IMG/VR virus record: IMGVR_UViG_2895374923_000003
Coordinates: 18,026 to 82,025 of that record
DNA: 64,000 nucleotides
Direction: 5' to 3' (one strand)
Origin: a virus
Lineage: Duplodnaviria; Caudoviricetes
Of this stretch, positions 36,509 through 44,856 are shown piece after piece. Both the position numbers and the translations under genes were made by a program. Position 1 is the first letter of the stretch. Each line of letters opens with the position of its first letter. The notes beneath the pieces are model-generated. The model saw only the letters and a list, made by a program, of their open reading frames with translations, was not told the origin of the DNA and made no database searches.

Positions 36509-37314
36509 GCCTCACCGTCGAGGAGTTCCTCGACACCCTCAAGAGCTTCAAGGGTTACCGCGAGCAGCCCGACAAGGACACCACCTTCGGCCTGTGGTGG
36601 GACTCCCGGCACCGCACGCACGGCTTCCGCGACGCCGCCTGGTGCGACATGTTCCTGGCCTACTGCGCCTTCAAAGCCGGCGGCGAGCAGGGCCTGGACA
36701 TCATCGGCGAATATGCGTACACGCCCTACCATGCAGGCTGGTTCGCCCGCCACGGAGCGTTCGGCAACCGGCCCACCAAGGGCGCCGTGGTGTTCTTCGA
36801 CTGGGCAGGCACCCGCTCGATCAGCGCCATCGACCACGTCGGTGTGGTCCTGGGCACCGACAACCGGGGCCGCGTGGTCACCATCGAGGGCAACACCGAG
36901 GACGCGGTCAAGATCCGCTACCGCGACCGCCGCTACATCGTCGGCTACGGCTATCCCAAGTACGCCAAGGTCAGCGTCAAGCCCCGCCCGGACGAGAAGC
37001 CCGACAAGCCGACCAAGCCGACCCGGCCCACCAAGCCGTCGACTGGCAACCAGGCGCCGCGCTTCCCCCTGAGCGCAGGCCAGGTCTACGGCATCGGCCA
37101 CCGCACCGGCACCGCCAAGGCCGACAGGGACGCCATCCGCCGTGTGCAGGCCAAGCTCGCCGACCGCGGCTGGAACATCACCGCTGACGGCGTCTTCGGC
37201 CCCATCACCCGCCAGGTCGTACGCGCCTTCCAGGACGAGAAGGGCTTGGCCGTCGACGGCCTCGTCGGCCCCCGCACCTGGGCCGCGATCTGGGACGCCC
37301 CCGTCACCGCCTGA
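36505..37314 (+). CDS. Endolysin: CHAP domain plus peptidoglycan-binding domain
   Basis: AWCDMF (Cys), DHVG..TIEGNT (His); C-terminal VQAKL..ADGVFGPIT..FQ..GLAVDGLVGPRTW. Confidence 0.92.
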   Translation: MSLTVEEFLDTLKSFKGYREQPDKDTTFGLWWDSRHRTHGFRDAAWCDMFLAYCAFKAGGEQGLDIIGEYAYTPYHAGWFARHGAFGNRPTKGAVVFFDWAGTRSISAIDHVGVVLGTDNRGRVVTIEGNTEDAVKIRYRDRRYIVGYGYPKYAKVSVKPRPDEKPDKPTKPTRPTKPSTGNQAPRFPLSAGQVYGIGHRTGTAKADRDAIRRVQAKLADRGWNITADGVFGPITRQVVRAFQDEKGLAVDGLVGPRTWAAIWDAPVTA

Positions 37315-37343
37315 CCCCCACGACACGAATCAAGAAACGGCGC

Positions 37344-37850
37344 ATGACCACCGAACCCAAGATCCGGCTTCTGCTCTGCGGCACCTGCACCACCATCGAG
37401 GAACTGCCCGACCACCACGGCCCGGTCGAATCCGACGACCTGCTCGCCTACCTGGCCTCCCGCCACCGCTTCCCCTCCGGCACCCCCCACGCGGGCGGCC
37501 AGCTCTTCGACGTCGAGGAGAAGCACTGGCGCAACACAGAGACCCGCAAGCAGATCGTCGACCAGATCAACGTCCGTAGCGGAGAGGGCCTGGGTCGAAG
37601 CTTCTATGAGCTGAAGGACACCTTCAAAGAGGACGCCTTCACCTGTTGGAAGAAGCACAACCGCACCACCAACTGCGGCGACTTCAAGTCCGAGGCCAAA
37701 CGCCTGACCCCCGACACCGCGGCCGAGCGCAAGGCCGCCGGGCTCGGCAAGGCCCGCTCCAACCGCTTCCTGTGCGAGTTCTGCCCCCACTTCAGCGTCG
37801 TTATGCAGCGCATGCGGGCCGCCCGAGGCGACTACCACTACACCGGCTGA
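37344..37850 (+). CDS. Cys-rich hypothetical protein (probable zinc binding)
   Basis: CGTC, C..H..C, CEFCP motifs. Confidence 0.65.
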   Translation: MTTEPKIRLLLCGTCTTIEELPDHHGPVESDDLLAYLASRHRFPSGTPHAGGQLFDVEEKHWRNTETRKQIVDQINVRSGEGLGRSFYELKDTFKEDAFTCWKKHNRTTNCGDFKSEAKRLTPDTAAERKAAGLGKARSNRFLCEFCPHFSVVMQRMRAARGDYHYTG

Positions 37851-37912
37851 CGCCCGCCCACGCCACCGAACACCACCAGGCCCACCAGCCGACCAACCAC
37901 CCGGAGAACCAC

Positions 37913-38290
37913 ATCAACAGCGCAGGCGCCGCCACCATCATCGGCCACAACCCCGACCCGCAGCCCGCCGCCGGCCCGAGCCCCACCGGCCCGGATGACA
38001 CGCCCGCTCCCGGCCTGCCCGTCCGCACCGCGTTCGTCATCTACCAGGACTACGACGGCGCCTGGGTCGGCACCAACGACCCCGCCCTCATCAGCGACAA
38101 GCTCACCCTCGACAAGACCGCCCACCCCGACGAGATCACCGCCGGATGCTCGGTCGTCGCCGACGAGATCGTCGCCCAGAAGACGGCCATGCAGGTCCAC
38201 AACGTCATGATGGCCGCCGCCCGCCAGGCCGCCGAAGCCCAAGCCAACGCCGCCATCCTCAACCAGGTCCGCAACGCCCCCAGGCCATAG
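37913..38290 (+). CDS. Hypothetical protein, apparent ATC start
   Basis: GGAG RBS 6 nt before in-frame ATC; no in-frame ATG/GTG/TTG until near the C-terminus. Confidence 0.55.
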   Translation: MNSAGAATIIGHNPDPQPAAGPSPTGPDDTPAPGLPVRTAFVIYQDYDGAWVGTNDPALISDKLTLDKTAHPDEITAGCSVVADEIVAQKTAMQVHNVMMAAARQAAEAQANAAILNQVRNAPRP

Positions 38291-38308
38291 GCGGAAATCC
38301 CCACCGAC

Positions 38309-38342
38309 AAAGGGCCCTCCGCGCGCTTCCGGAGGGCCCTTT
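38309..38342. terminator. 13-bp terminator-like hairpin
   Basis: AAAGGGCCCTCCG / CGGAGGGCCCTTT. Confidence 0.65.
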
Positions 38343-38395
38343 CCGCCTATTCGGCGAATAACTCGAAAAACACCAATCACCCTAAACTGAAATAC

Positions 38396-39388
38396 ATGGG
38401 CTACCAATCGGCGTCACATTATCTCGACAATGCCGCACAATCGTCCGGGCGTATTACCGTCACCTCGGGCCAAAGCGGCTATTTCTCGACGCCCGATCCC
38501 GGCTTCGACCCGGCCCTGTTCGACGGCCAAAAACTCCGGCCGCACGTCCGTGACACGATCACCGGGTCATTCACACATTTCATGCGCTCCCGCTTCCGCG
38601 ACCCGGACTCCTGGACCCGGCTGTGGCTGGCCGGATCCGGCATCTCCCACCAGTGGTCCGGAGACCGAGGCAACGGCGACCTGGACGTCATGATCGGGAT
38701 CAACCCCCTGCGCTTCCGCCAGCTCCAACCCGAGCAAGCAGCACTGTCCGAACCGGAGCTGGCGGATTCCCTCAACTCCCTGCTGCGAGCTGAACTGTGG
38801 CCGCAGACGGCCCGCACCCACTTCGGCGGCAAGCTCTTCGAGCTCACCTACTACTGGAACCCGGCCACCACCAACGCCCCGGGCGGCGTCACCGCGATCC
38901 ACCCCTACGCCGCCTACGACCTGACCGCCGACACCTGGACCGTGCGCCCGCCGCGCCTACCCGCCGACCCGCGCACCCTCTACCCGGCCGACTGGTGGGC
39001 CCAGGTCGACCGCGAAGCGGCCACCGCCCGCGACATCATCGCCCGCTACAACGCCGCCCGCGGCACCGCCCAATCCACGTCCATCGCCAGCCCCGGCCAC
39101 ACCAACGCGATGACCGCCCTGCACCTGGCCGTCGACCAGGCCAGCCACCTGTTCGACGACATCCACACCGGCCGCCACCAAGCCTTCGGGCCCGGCGGCC
39201 ACGGCTACGGCGACTTCGCCAACTTCCGCTGGCAAGCGGCCAAAGCCTCCGGGATCGGACCGGCGCTGGCCGAGATCGCCGCCGTCGGCCGCCAAGCCGC
39301 CCTGGACACCCAGCGCCATCTGTACGGCCAGCCGCTCGCCGAGGCCAGCACCGCCCGCCTCCAAGCCCTGCTGTGGAGCAGCCGATGA
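38396..39388 (+). CDS. Pol-beta superfamily nucleotidyltransferase
   Basis: LWLAGSGISHQW..GDLDV (GS..DxD) and FELTYY third acidic strand; TAAACT 7 nt upstream of ATG. Confidence 0.75.
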   Translation: MGYQSASHYLDNAAQSSGRITVTSGQSGYFSTPDPGFDPALFDGQKLRPHVRDTITGSFTHFMRSRFRDPDSWTRLWLAGSGISHQWSGDRGNGDLDVMIGINPLRFRQLQPEQAALSEPELADSLNSLLRAELWPQTARTHFGGKLFELTYYWNPATTNAPGGVTAIHPYAAYDLTADTWTVRPPRLPADPRTLYPADWWAQVDREAATARDIIARYNAARGTAQSTSIASPGHTNAMTALHLAVDQASHLFDDIHTGRHQAFGPGGHGYGDFANFRWQAAKASGIGPALAEIAAVGRQAALDTQRHLYGQPLAEASTARLQALLWSSR

Positions 39389-39867
39389 CCGGACTCGCCC
39401 TGCTGACCGTGGACGGGCTGCTGCGCGACGAAGCCTCCGGCGCCCCGATCCCCACCGGCCGCGCCCTGTACGCCGCCATCGCCAGCGTCCACCGCCTGGC
39501 CCTCATCAGCGACCAGCCCGCCAGCCCGTGGCTGGAACTCAACGGGTTCACCGACCACCAGTTCGTCCTCGAAGCCCACCCCACCGACCCCGACGACCCA
39601 GCCATTCGCCGGCTACGCCAGGTCGAGCGGCTACGCGGCCAAGGCGCCCACATCGCCCTGCTGGCCGACCCCAACCCAGGCGTCATCGCGATCCTGGCCA
39701 GCAGCGGCATCCCCCTCCTGCACTACATCCACCCTGCCTACGCACGCCCCGAGTACCTGCCGGACCACGAGGCGGCCCTGACCCCCTGGCAGCTCATGGT
39801 CGACGAGGTCGACCGCGTGCGCGGCCTGCGCGCTGCCGACCCCCGACCCGACAAGGACGCCCTGTGA
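39385..39867 (+). CDS. HAD-like protein (degenerate motif I)
   Basis: ALLTVDGLLRD, LALIS, LLADPNP; ATGA overlap with the NTase. Confidence 0.55.
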   Translation: MTGLALLTVDGLLRDEASGAPIPTGRALYAAIASVHRLALISDQPASPWLELNGFTDHQFVLEAHPTDPDDPAIRRLRQVERLRGQGAHIALLADPNPGVIAILASSGIPLLHYIHPAYARPEYLPDHEAALTPWQLMVDEVDRVRGLRAADPRPDKDAL

Positions 39868-40697
39868 TCAACCCCGACGCCGTACCCGAGATCCTCGCCC
39901 AGCGCGCCGCTCGCCTGCACGCCGCGGGCAAGCTGTTCAACGGGTTCGTCAACAACCCCGGCCAGCAGCGCATCCGCGCCCGCGCCGAGCGCGGCAAGAA
40001 GCAGGCCACCGCCCGGGCCCGCGCCGAGTGGGAGCAGGCCGCCCGCAACGCCAGCGTCAAGAACCCCGCGCCCGTACCGGGGCCGACGACCGCACCCGGC
40101 GCGGGAGTGGACCTGTCGCCCTACGACAAGCCGTCCGCCGTCACCTTCGACCCGCTCAACCGCTCCAGCGCGAGCGACAAGCGAAAGGCAGCCCCGGCGC
40201 CGGGCGCCCGCAACCACGTCGGCCAGGTCATCCCGCCCAGCCCGCAGGAGAAGGCCGCGTTCATCCAGCGGCGCGTCGCTCCGTACGTGCGCCAGCTCAA
40301 CCGCGTCACCGACCCGCGGGACCTGCCCGCCGTCCAGGCCCGCGTCGGCGCCCGCCAGGTTCCCACCCCCGGGCCGCTGCCCAAGCCCGGCCCAGCCATC
40401 GCCCAGCCCACCCCCGCCCCGGCCGGCCCGCCCCAGCCGCCCACCTACGGCCAGCGGATGCGCCAGGTGATCCGCGAGGGCATCGAGGACATCCAGGCCA
40501 AGCGCATCGCCCAGTCCACCCTCCTGGCCGCCCAGCGCTCCGGCCGCATCCCCCCGCCGACCGGCGGCCAGCAGACGCTGTTCACCGTCGGCCAGACCAG
40601 CCACACCGCAGGCAAGGCGGCGCCCGCGGGCCGCGCCCCGGTCGACTGGTCAACCGCCCGCAAGCGGGCCCAGCACCACCAGCCCGGCCTGTTTTGA
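39864..40697 (+). CDS. Pro/Ala-rich basic hypothetical protein
   Basis: GTGA and TGATG overlaps place it in the operon; low-complexity sequence. Confidence 0.55.
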   Translation: MINPDAVPEILAQRAARLHAAGKLFNGFVNNPGQQRIRARAERGKKQATARARAEWEQAARNASVKNPAPVPGPTTAPGAGVDLSPYDKPSAVTFDPLNRSSASDKRKAAPAPGARNHVGQVIPPSPQEKAAFIQRRVAPYVRQLNRVTDPRDLPAVQARVGARQVPTPGPLPKPGPAIAQPTPAPAGPPQPPTYGQRMRQVIREGIEDIQAKRIAQSTLLAAQRSGRIPPPTGGQQTLFTVGQTSHTAGKAAPAGRAPVDWSTARKRAQHHQPGLF

Positions 40698-42184
40698 TGT
40701 TGTCGCTGTACTTCGGCGGCTCGGAGGTGCCCGGCTGGCGCACCCTCCTGGCCGCCCAAGGCGTCGAGCACGTCGCCCTGTCCTTTGTCGGGCTGCTGCG
40801 CCGGACCAAACTCACCCGGCCCTGGCTCATCTCCGCCAAGTACCCCGACCACCAGAGCGTCTTCGTCGACTCCGGCGGATACACCCTCAACGCCAAGCCG
40901 CAGGAGTGGCCCGCTGAGCGCGTCGAGGACCTGGTTGGCGCCTACCGGACCTTCATCGAAGCCAACCTCGACCGGATCGCCATGGTGTCCGAACTGGATG
41001 CGACCAGCATGGGGCCGGACTGGCTCGCCCGCCACCGATCGGACTTCTACGACCACCTGGGGGAGAAGTTCCTGCCGATCTGGCACGCCGAGCACGGCGT
41101 TGCCGAACTGGAACGGCTGGCAGACCGCTACGGCCGGGTCGGCGTCCCCCAGATCTCCGTCGCCGGGCGCGACATCGCCGGACTCCTCAACCGGCTCGCC
41201 CGCCGCGGCGTCCGGATCCACGGCGTGGCCATGACCAAGACCGACCTCATGGAGCAGATCGGATTCGACTCCGTCGCCTCCACGAGCTGGCTGTCCCCGG
41301 CCCAGTACGGCGACACCCAGATCTGGACCGGACACGCCCTCAAGCGCTACCCCCGCAAGTACAAGGACCAGGGCCGCAAACGCCACCGGCAGCACCTGGA
41401 GCGCGCCGGCTTCGACATCGAGCTCATCGAATCGGACAACGCGAGCGAGGTCCTCAAGGTCGCGATCTGGAGCTGGCGTCGGTTCGTCGACCACATCAAC
41501 ACGCGCAAACGGAAAGTAGTTGATATGTCCCCCGAAACGCCTTCCGGACCAAACGCGGAAGTCGAGCCGGACCCAGTTGATACCCCCGCCCCGCAAACGC
41601 GGAAGCCGGTACCAACTCCTCGCACCGGAGAACGAGCCCTCCTGCCCGGCCTGACCCTGGCCCAGGTGAGCGAAACCGGCATCGGAGACGACGGCCAGCC
41701 GACCACCACCACCCGCTCCCTCGTCGAGCTCCAGGCCGACAGCCTGCGCCAGTGCGACACCTGCTACCTCGCCTCCCACTGCCCGGCCAACAGCCCCGGC
41801 AGCGCCTGCGCCTACACCATCCCGGTCACCATCAAGACCCGCGACCAGCTCCGCGCCGTCGAGGACGCCGTGGTGTCCATGCAGTTCCAGCGGGTCGCCT
41901 TCCTGCGCCTGGTCGAGGAATCGGAAGGCGGCTACGCCGACCCCAACCTGTCCGCCGAGATCGACCGGCTCCACCGGATGCTCGCCAAGCGCGCCGAGGC
42001 CGACGCCGAGGGCTTCAGCCTGACGGTCAAGGCGTCCGGCCGCGCCATGGCCGAGGGCGGCACCATCGCCCGCCTGTTCGGCTCCGATGCCAGCCACCGC
42101 GCCCGCGAGTTGGAGGCGCCCCGCCGCAGCGATGACGTCCTGGCCAGCCTGGACGTCGTCGAGGCAGAGGTCATCGACAGGTAG
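40697..42184 (+). CDS. TGT/DpdA-fold protein fused to a Cys4 zinc site and helical C-terminal domain
   Basis: VFVDSGGYT, ELD, LPIWH, RIHGVAMT, FDSVASTSW follow the DpdA/TGT barrel motif order; then CDTC..HC..AC. Confidence 0.6.
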   Translation: MLSLYFGGSEVPGWRTLLAAQGVEHVALSFVGLLRRTKLTRPWLISAKYPDHQSVFVDSGGYTLNAKPQEWPAERVEDLVGAYRTFIEANLDRIAMVSELDATSMGPDWLARHRSDFYDHLGEKFLPIWHAEHGVAELERLADRYGRVGVPQISVAGRDIAGLLNRLARRGVRIHGVAMTKTDLMEQIGFDSVASTSWLSPAQYGDTQIWTGHALKRYPRKYKDQGRKRHRQHLERAGFDIELIESDNASEVLKVAIWSWRRFVDHINTRKRKVVDMSPETPSGPNAEVEPDPVDTPAPQTRKPVPTPRTGERALLPGLTLAQVSETGIGDDGQPTTTTRSLVELQADSLRQCDTCYLASHCPANSPGSACAYTIPVTIKTRDQLRAVEDAVVSMQFQRVAFLRLVEESEGGYADPNLSAEIDRLHRMLAKRAEADAEGFSLTVKASGRAMAEGGTIARLFGSDASHRARELEAPRRSDDVLASLDVVEAEVIDR

Positions 42185-42369
42185 TTGATATCCCGGCCCG
42201 CTGAGAGCAGGAAACCCTCTCTTCAGCGAGGCTGAGCGCGAGTGCCCGGCTGCTACCTTGGGCCTCGAGGCCGCCGCTCAGCGGTGGTTCCTTCGGTCGG
42301 CGGGGTGGTGCCCGCCGATTGGTTGGGCACCAGGGCGGATGGTACCCCCTGGTGTTTGGTGGAAATACG

Positions 42370-42402
42370 CGAAGACCCCGCCGGAGCCCGGCGGGGTCTT
42401 CG
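42370..42402. terminator. Bidirectional terminator-like hairpin between convergent operons
   Basis: CGAAGACCCCGCCGG-agc-CCGGCGGGGTCTTCG perfect 15-bp stem. Confidence 0.7.
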
Positions 42403-42415
42403 TGCATTCCGGAGA

Positions 42416-43528
42416 TCAGACCTTGGTCAAGCAGGTCCGGCCCCCGCGCGTGGTGATCTCCTCCCTGCGCCGCTCAGGATCGGCGTCCCACGTCACGATG
42501 GCCGATGCCTTGGCCACGCGCCCGGTCACGGTCCCCAGGCGGCCCGTCTTGCTCGACTGGACCCGATCGGACTCATCCAGCGGAACCAAGGTGTCGAAGT
42601 CAAAGCAGCAGTCCACGTAGGCGTAGCCGTTCTCATCCGTGACCATCCGGGCGCGGTGGTGGAAGGGGCACAGCAGGTGGCTCTCGTGCCGAGCCCAGCC
42701 GTCATCGCCCAGGTCCCGCTGCGCGCCGCAGTCACGGCACCGGTCGGACAGGTCGACCTGGAGCGGGCCGGATTCCACCACGCCGAGCTGCTGGCCCAGC
42801 GATCGGATCCCGTGGAGCAGACCGGCAGTCGCCGCCACCGTGGCATCCGAGGCAGGGAAGGCGGCCCGCAGCGCCATCACCTGCGAACCGTGGTCAGCCA
42901 CCACAGCCATGCTCTCCAGCAGTCCCAGCACCTTCTCCAGGTCATCAAGACTCACTGGAGCGGTCCGGACTTCGCCGCTGTGGTAGCCGTGCCTCTCCTG
43001 GTGCTCGATGGTCACCCCGTGGACGGCCAGCCGGTCGGCGATGGCGTTGTTCCGATCGCACGAGGCCATGATGCGCTCGCGGCGGGCCTGACGCAGAGCC
43101 TCGGCCTGCGCCTCCTCCTCGCGCCGCGCCGTGACGGTCGGCTCATACTCACCGAGGATCTTGGGTAGCGACGACACGAGGATGTACTCAAAGCCGTCGT
43201 CAGTGCTCGCCTTCGTCGCGGCCAGCATGTCGTCCAGCTTGACCGTGGCGGCCTTGGCCTGGAGCCGCTCCGCCGTTTGCGACAGCGTCTCATCCTTCTT
43301 GGAGGTGACGGTCAGCGCCGGGTATCCGGCCACACGGTTGCCGTAGGCGCTCAGCCGTGCGGGCCTGGCCTCCCTGGACGTCTGGAACACGGTGGAGCCG
43401 TTGCGGCGGTCGTAGGAATCGGCGTGCTGGACAAGCTGGGAAAGGTCGTTGAGGAACACAACGGGGTTGTCAAAGCCCCGGTGGTCGTAGAGGTAGACGA
43501 GGCCCGGCTGGATGTCGGCCTTCTTCAT
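42416..43528 (-). CDS. Hypothetical phage protein
   Basis: GAAGGAG RBS after C/A-rich leader; CRDC..CPFH near C-terminus. Confidence 0.7.
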   Translation of the reverse strand: MKKADIQPGLVYLYDHRGFDNPVVFLNDLSQLVQHADSYDRRNGSTVFQTSREARPARLSAYGNRVAGYPALTVTSKKDETLSQTAERLQAKAATVKLDDMLAATKASTDDGFEYILVSSLPKILGEYEPTVTARREEEAQAEALRQARRERIMASCDRNNAIADRLAVHGVTIEHQERHGYHSGEVRTAPVSLDDLEKVLGLLESMAVVADHGSQVMALRAAFPASDATVAATAGLLHGIRSLGQQLGVVESGPLQVDLSDRCRDCGAQRDLGDDGWARHESHLLCPFHHRARMVTDENGYAYVDCCFDFDTLVPLDESDRVQSSKTGRLGTVTGRVAKASAIVTWDADPERRREEITTRGGRTCLTKV

Positions 43529-43585
43529 GACGGGGACTCCTTCAGGTGCTGGTTGGTGGTGGTGTTTGGTGGTGGTCGCTGCCGG

Positions 43586-43834
43586 TCAGCAGCGGTCGCC
43601 GGGCCTGGTGGTCGCCCGGACCTCGCGCGGGCAGTCCTCGGCGATGTAGTCCTGCCACGAGGTGATGTTGTTCTTGAGACCCTTCACCCGGTTGCGTAGG
43701 CCCTTGCGGAGCCAGCCGTCTGCTTCGGCAGCCAGCGCGAGCTCTACCTGGGTCAGTTCGACCAGGCGCTCGGCGATGATCTCCTCGGCTGCTGCCTGGC
43801 GGACCGCTTGGTCGGTGCTGGCGAAGAGGTTCAC
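43586..43834 (-). CDS. Hypothetical protein
   Basis: Helical 82-aa ORF in the leftward operon. Confidence 0.55.
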   Translation of the reverse strand: MNLFASTDQAVRQAAAEEIIAERLVELTQVELALAAEADGWLRKGLRNRVKGLKNNITSWQDYIAEDCPREVRATTRPGDRC

Positions 43835-43879
43835 GCGGTGCTCGCTTTGTGGTGGGGGAGTCGTCGGGGTCGCGCGCGC

Positions 43880-44068
43880 CTATCGCCAGTCGGCGCTGAT
43901 CGCGGGGTATTCGGGGTTGTACGCGAAGTGCGAGGCGATCTGGTTGCCGATGTACCGGCGGATGTCCTCGCGAACGACTGCACCTGTCGGCTCCACGCCG
44001 TAGGCGGTGGCCCACTGCCGGACGCCCTCAGGCGAGGCGTCCACGGTGATGGTGAGGCTGATCTTCAT
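43880..44068 (-). CDS. Hypothetical protein (62 aa)
   Basis: MKISLTITVDASPEG..; AGGA RBS. Confidence 0.55.
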   Translation of the reverse strand: MKISLTITVDASPEGVRQWATAYGVEPTGAVVREDIRRYIGNQIASHFAYNPEYPAISADWR

Positions 44069-44187
44069 TGCGCATTCCTGTCTTGGTCGGACCTCTCGGA
44101 GCTGGCTGGACCTGTTGCCCGGTAACCGGGCGAGCCACGCTGCCAAGCAGGCGAGATCGCAACCGTGGTAGATCGGCCCGCCGGATT

Positions 44188-44535
44188 TCACGCGGACGCC
44201 TTGCGGAAGTCTTCGGCGAACTTCGGCCAGAACTTGAGCGCGGTCCCCAGAGCCCACTGCCTGGCCGCTTCGACCCCATCCGCATCGCTGTGCTCGTGCC
44301 AGGTCCACGAGATGTCGACGCCGTACTGCCGGTACTCCTCACGCATCCAGGACTCGAACCCTGCCTGGGTGGGGCGAGGGCAGGCGGAGATCGACTCTGG
44401 GTCGTAGCCGTCGGCCTCCTTGTGGGCGTACAGGGCGAGCATCCCCAGGAGGTCGTGGGTGTTGGGCTTGAACTCGACGCGGATCTGCGCGAACAGCTCG
44501 CTGCTCGGTAGGTAGCGATACCAGCGCAACGCCAT
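44188..44535 (-). CDS. Hypothetical protein
   Basis: CCGAAGGAG RBS before ATG; first gene of the leftward operon. Confidence 0.65.
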   Translation of the reverse strand: MALRWYRYLPSSELFAQIRVEFKPNTHDLLGMLALYAHKEADGYDPESISACPRPTQAGFESWMREEYRQYGVDISWTWHEHSDADGVEAARQWALGTALKFWPKFAEDFRKASA

Positions 44536-44575
44536 GTCCAACTCCTTCGGTAGTCGGTGGTGTGGCAGAAGCTAA

Positions 44576-44615
44576 GCATGAGTGAAAGCTGTAATGCAAG
44601 TTAAGCTTTACGAGA
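44576..44615. promoter_or_regulatory. Dyad operator/promoter, copy 3
   Basis: GCATGAGTGAAAGCTGTAATGCAAGTTAAGCTTTACGAGA. Confidence 0.7.
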
Positions 44616-44765
44616 TGCTGCGCGAGAGGATTGGGCTCGTCGTCCTCGTCCAGGTGTCGCGTGTAAGCCTGCTCGCGTGGGGGGCTCGGCGATGTTGGCG
44701 GCCATCGCGCCGAGCATCCCCGTGTGACGCCCCTGTGTGCCACGCTCTCGGACTCGTTGCAAGAT

Positions 44766-44805
44766 TCTCGTAAAGCTGGACTTGTATTACAGCTTTCGCA
44801 CATGC
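44766..44805. promoter_or_regulatory. Dyad operator/promoter, copy 4 (inverted relative to copy 3)
   Basis: Reverse complement reads GCATGTGCGAAAGCTGTAATACAAGTCCAGCTTTACGAGA. Confidence 0.7.
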
Positions 44806-44856
44806 TTTGATGGCTCCACCACCAACCAACCAGCCCCTCCGAAGGAAACCCGCTTC

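Noticed and set aside
1168-42097. Many long minus-strand and off-frame ORFs in the track (e.g. 1168-2673, 5034-6758, 15119-16657, 21330-23282, 24243-26138, 40445-42097; plus-strand 3926-6235)
   Set aside because: Shadow frames of real genes caused by high GC and codon bias; low-complexity translations with no motifs or RBS.
38396-42184. Complete 7-deazaguanine DNA modification pathway
   Set aside because: No folE/queD/queE/queC in the window, and the TGT-like protein seems to lack the nucleophilic Asp; kept only as an open hypothesis.
42185-42369. tRNA or ncRNA, or a 36-aa CTG-start peptide, in the convergent intergenic region
   Set aside because: No cloverleaf found. The minus strand has a repeat-type leader and RBS but no standard start, so it is treated as a vestigial gene start.
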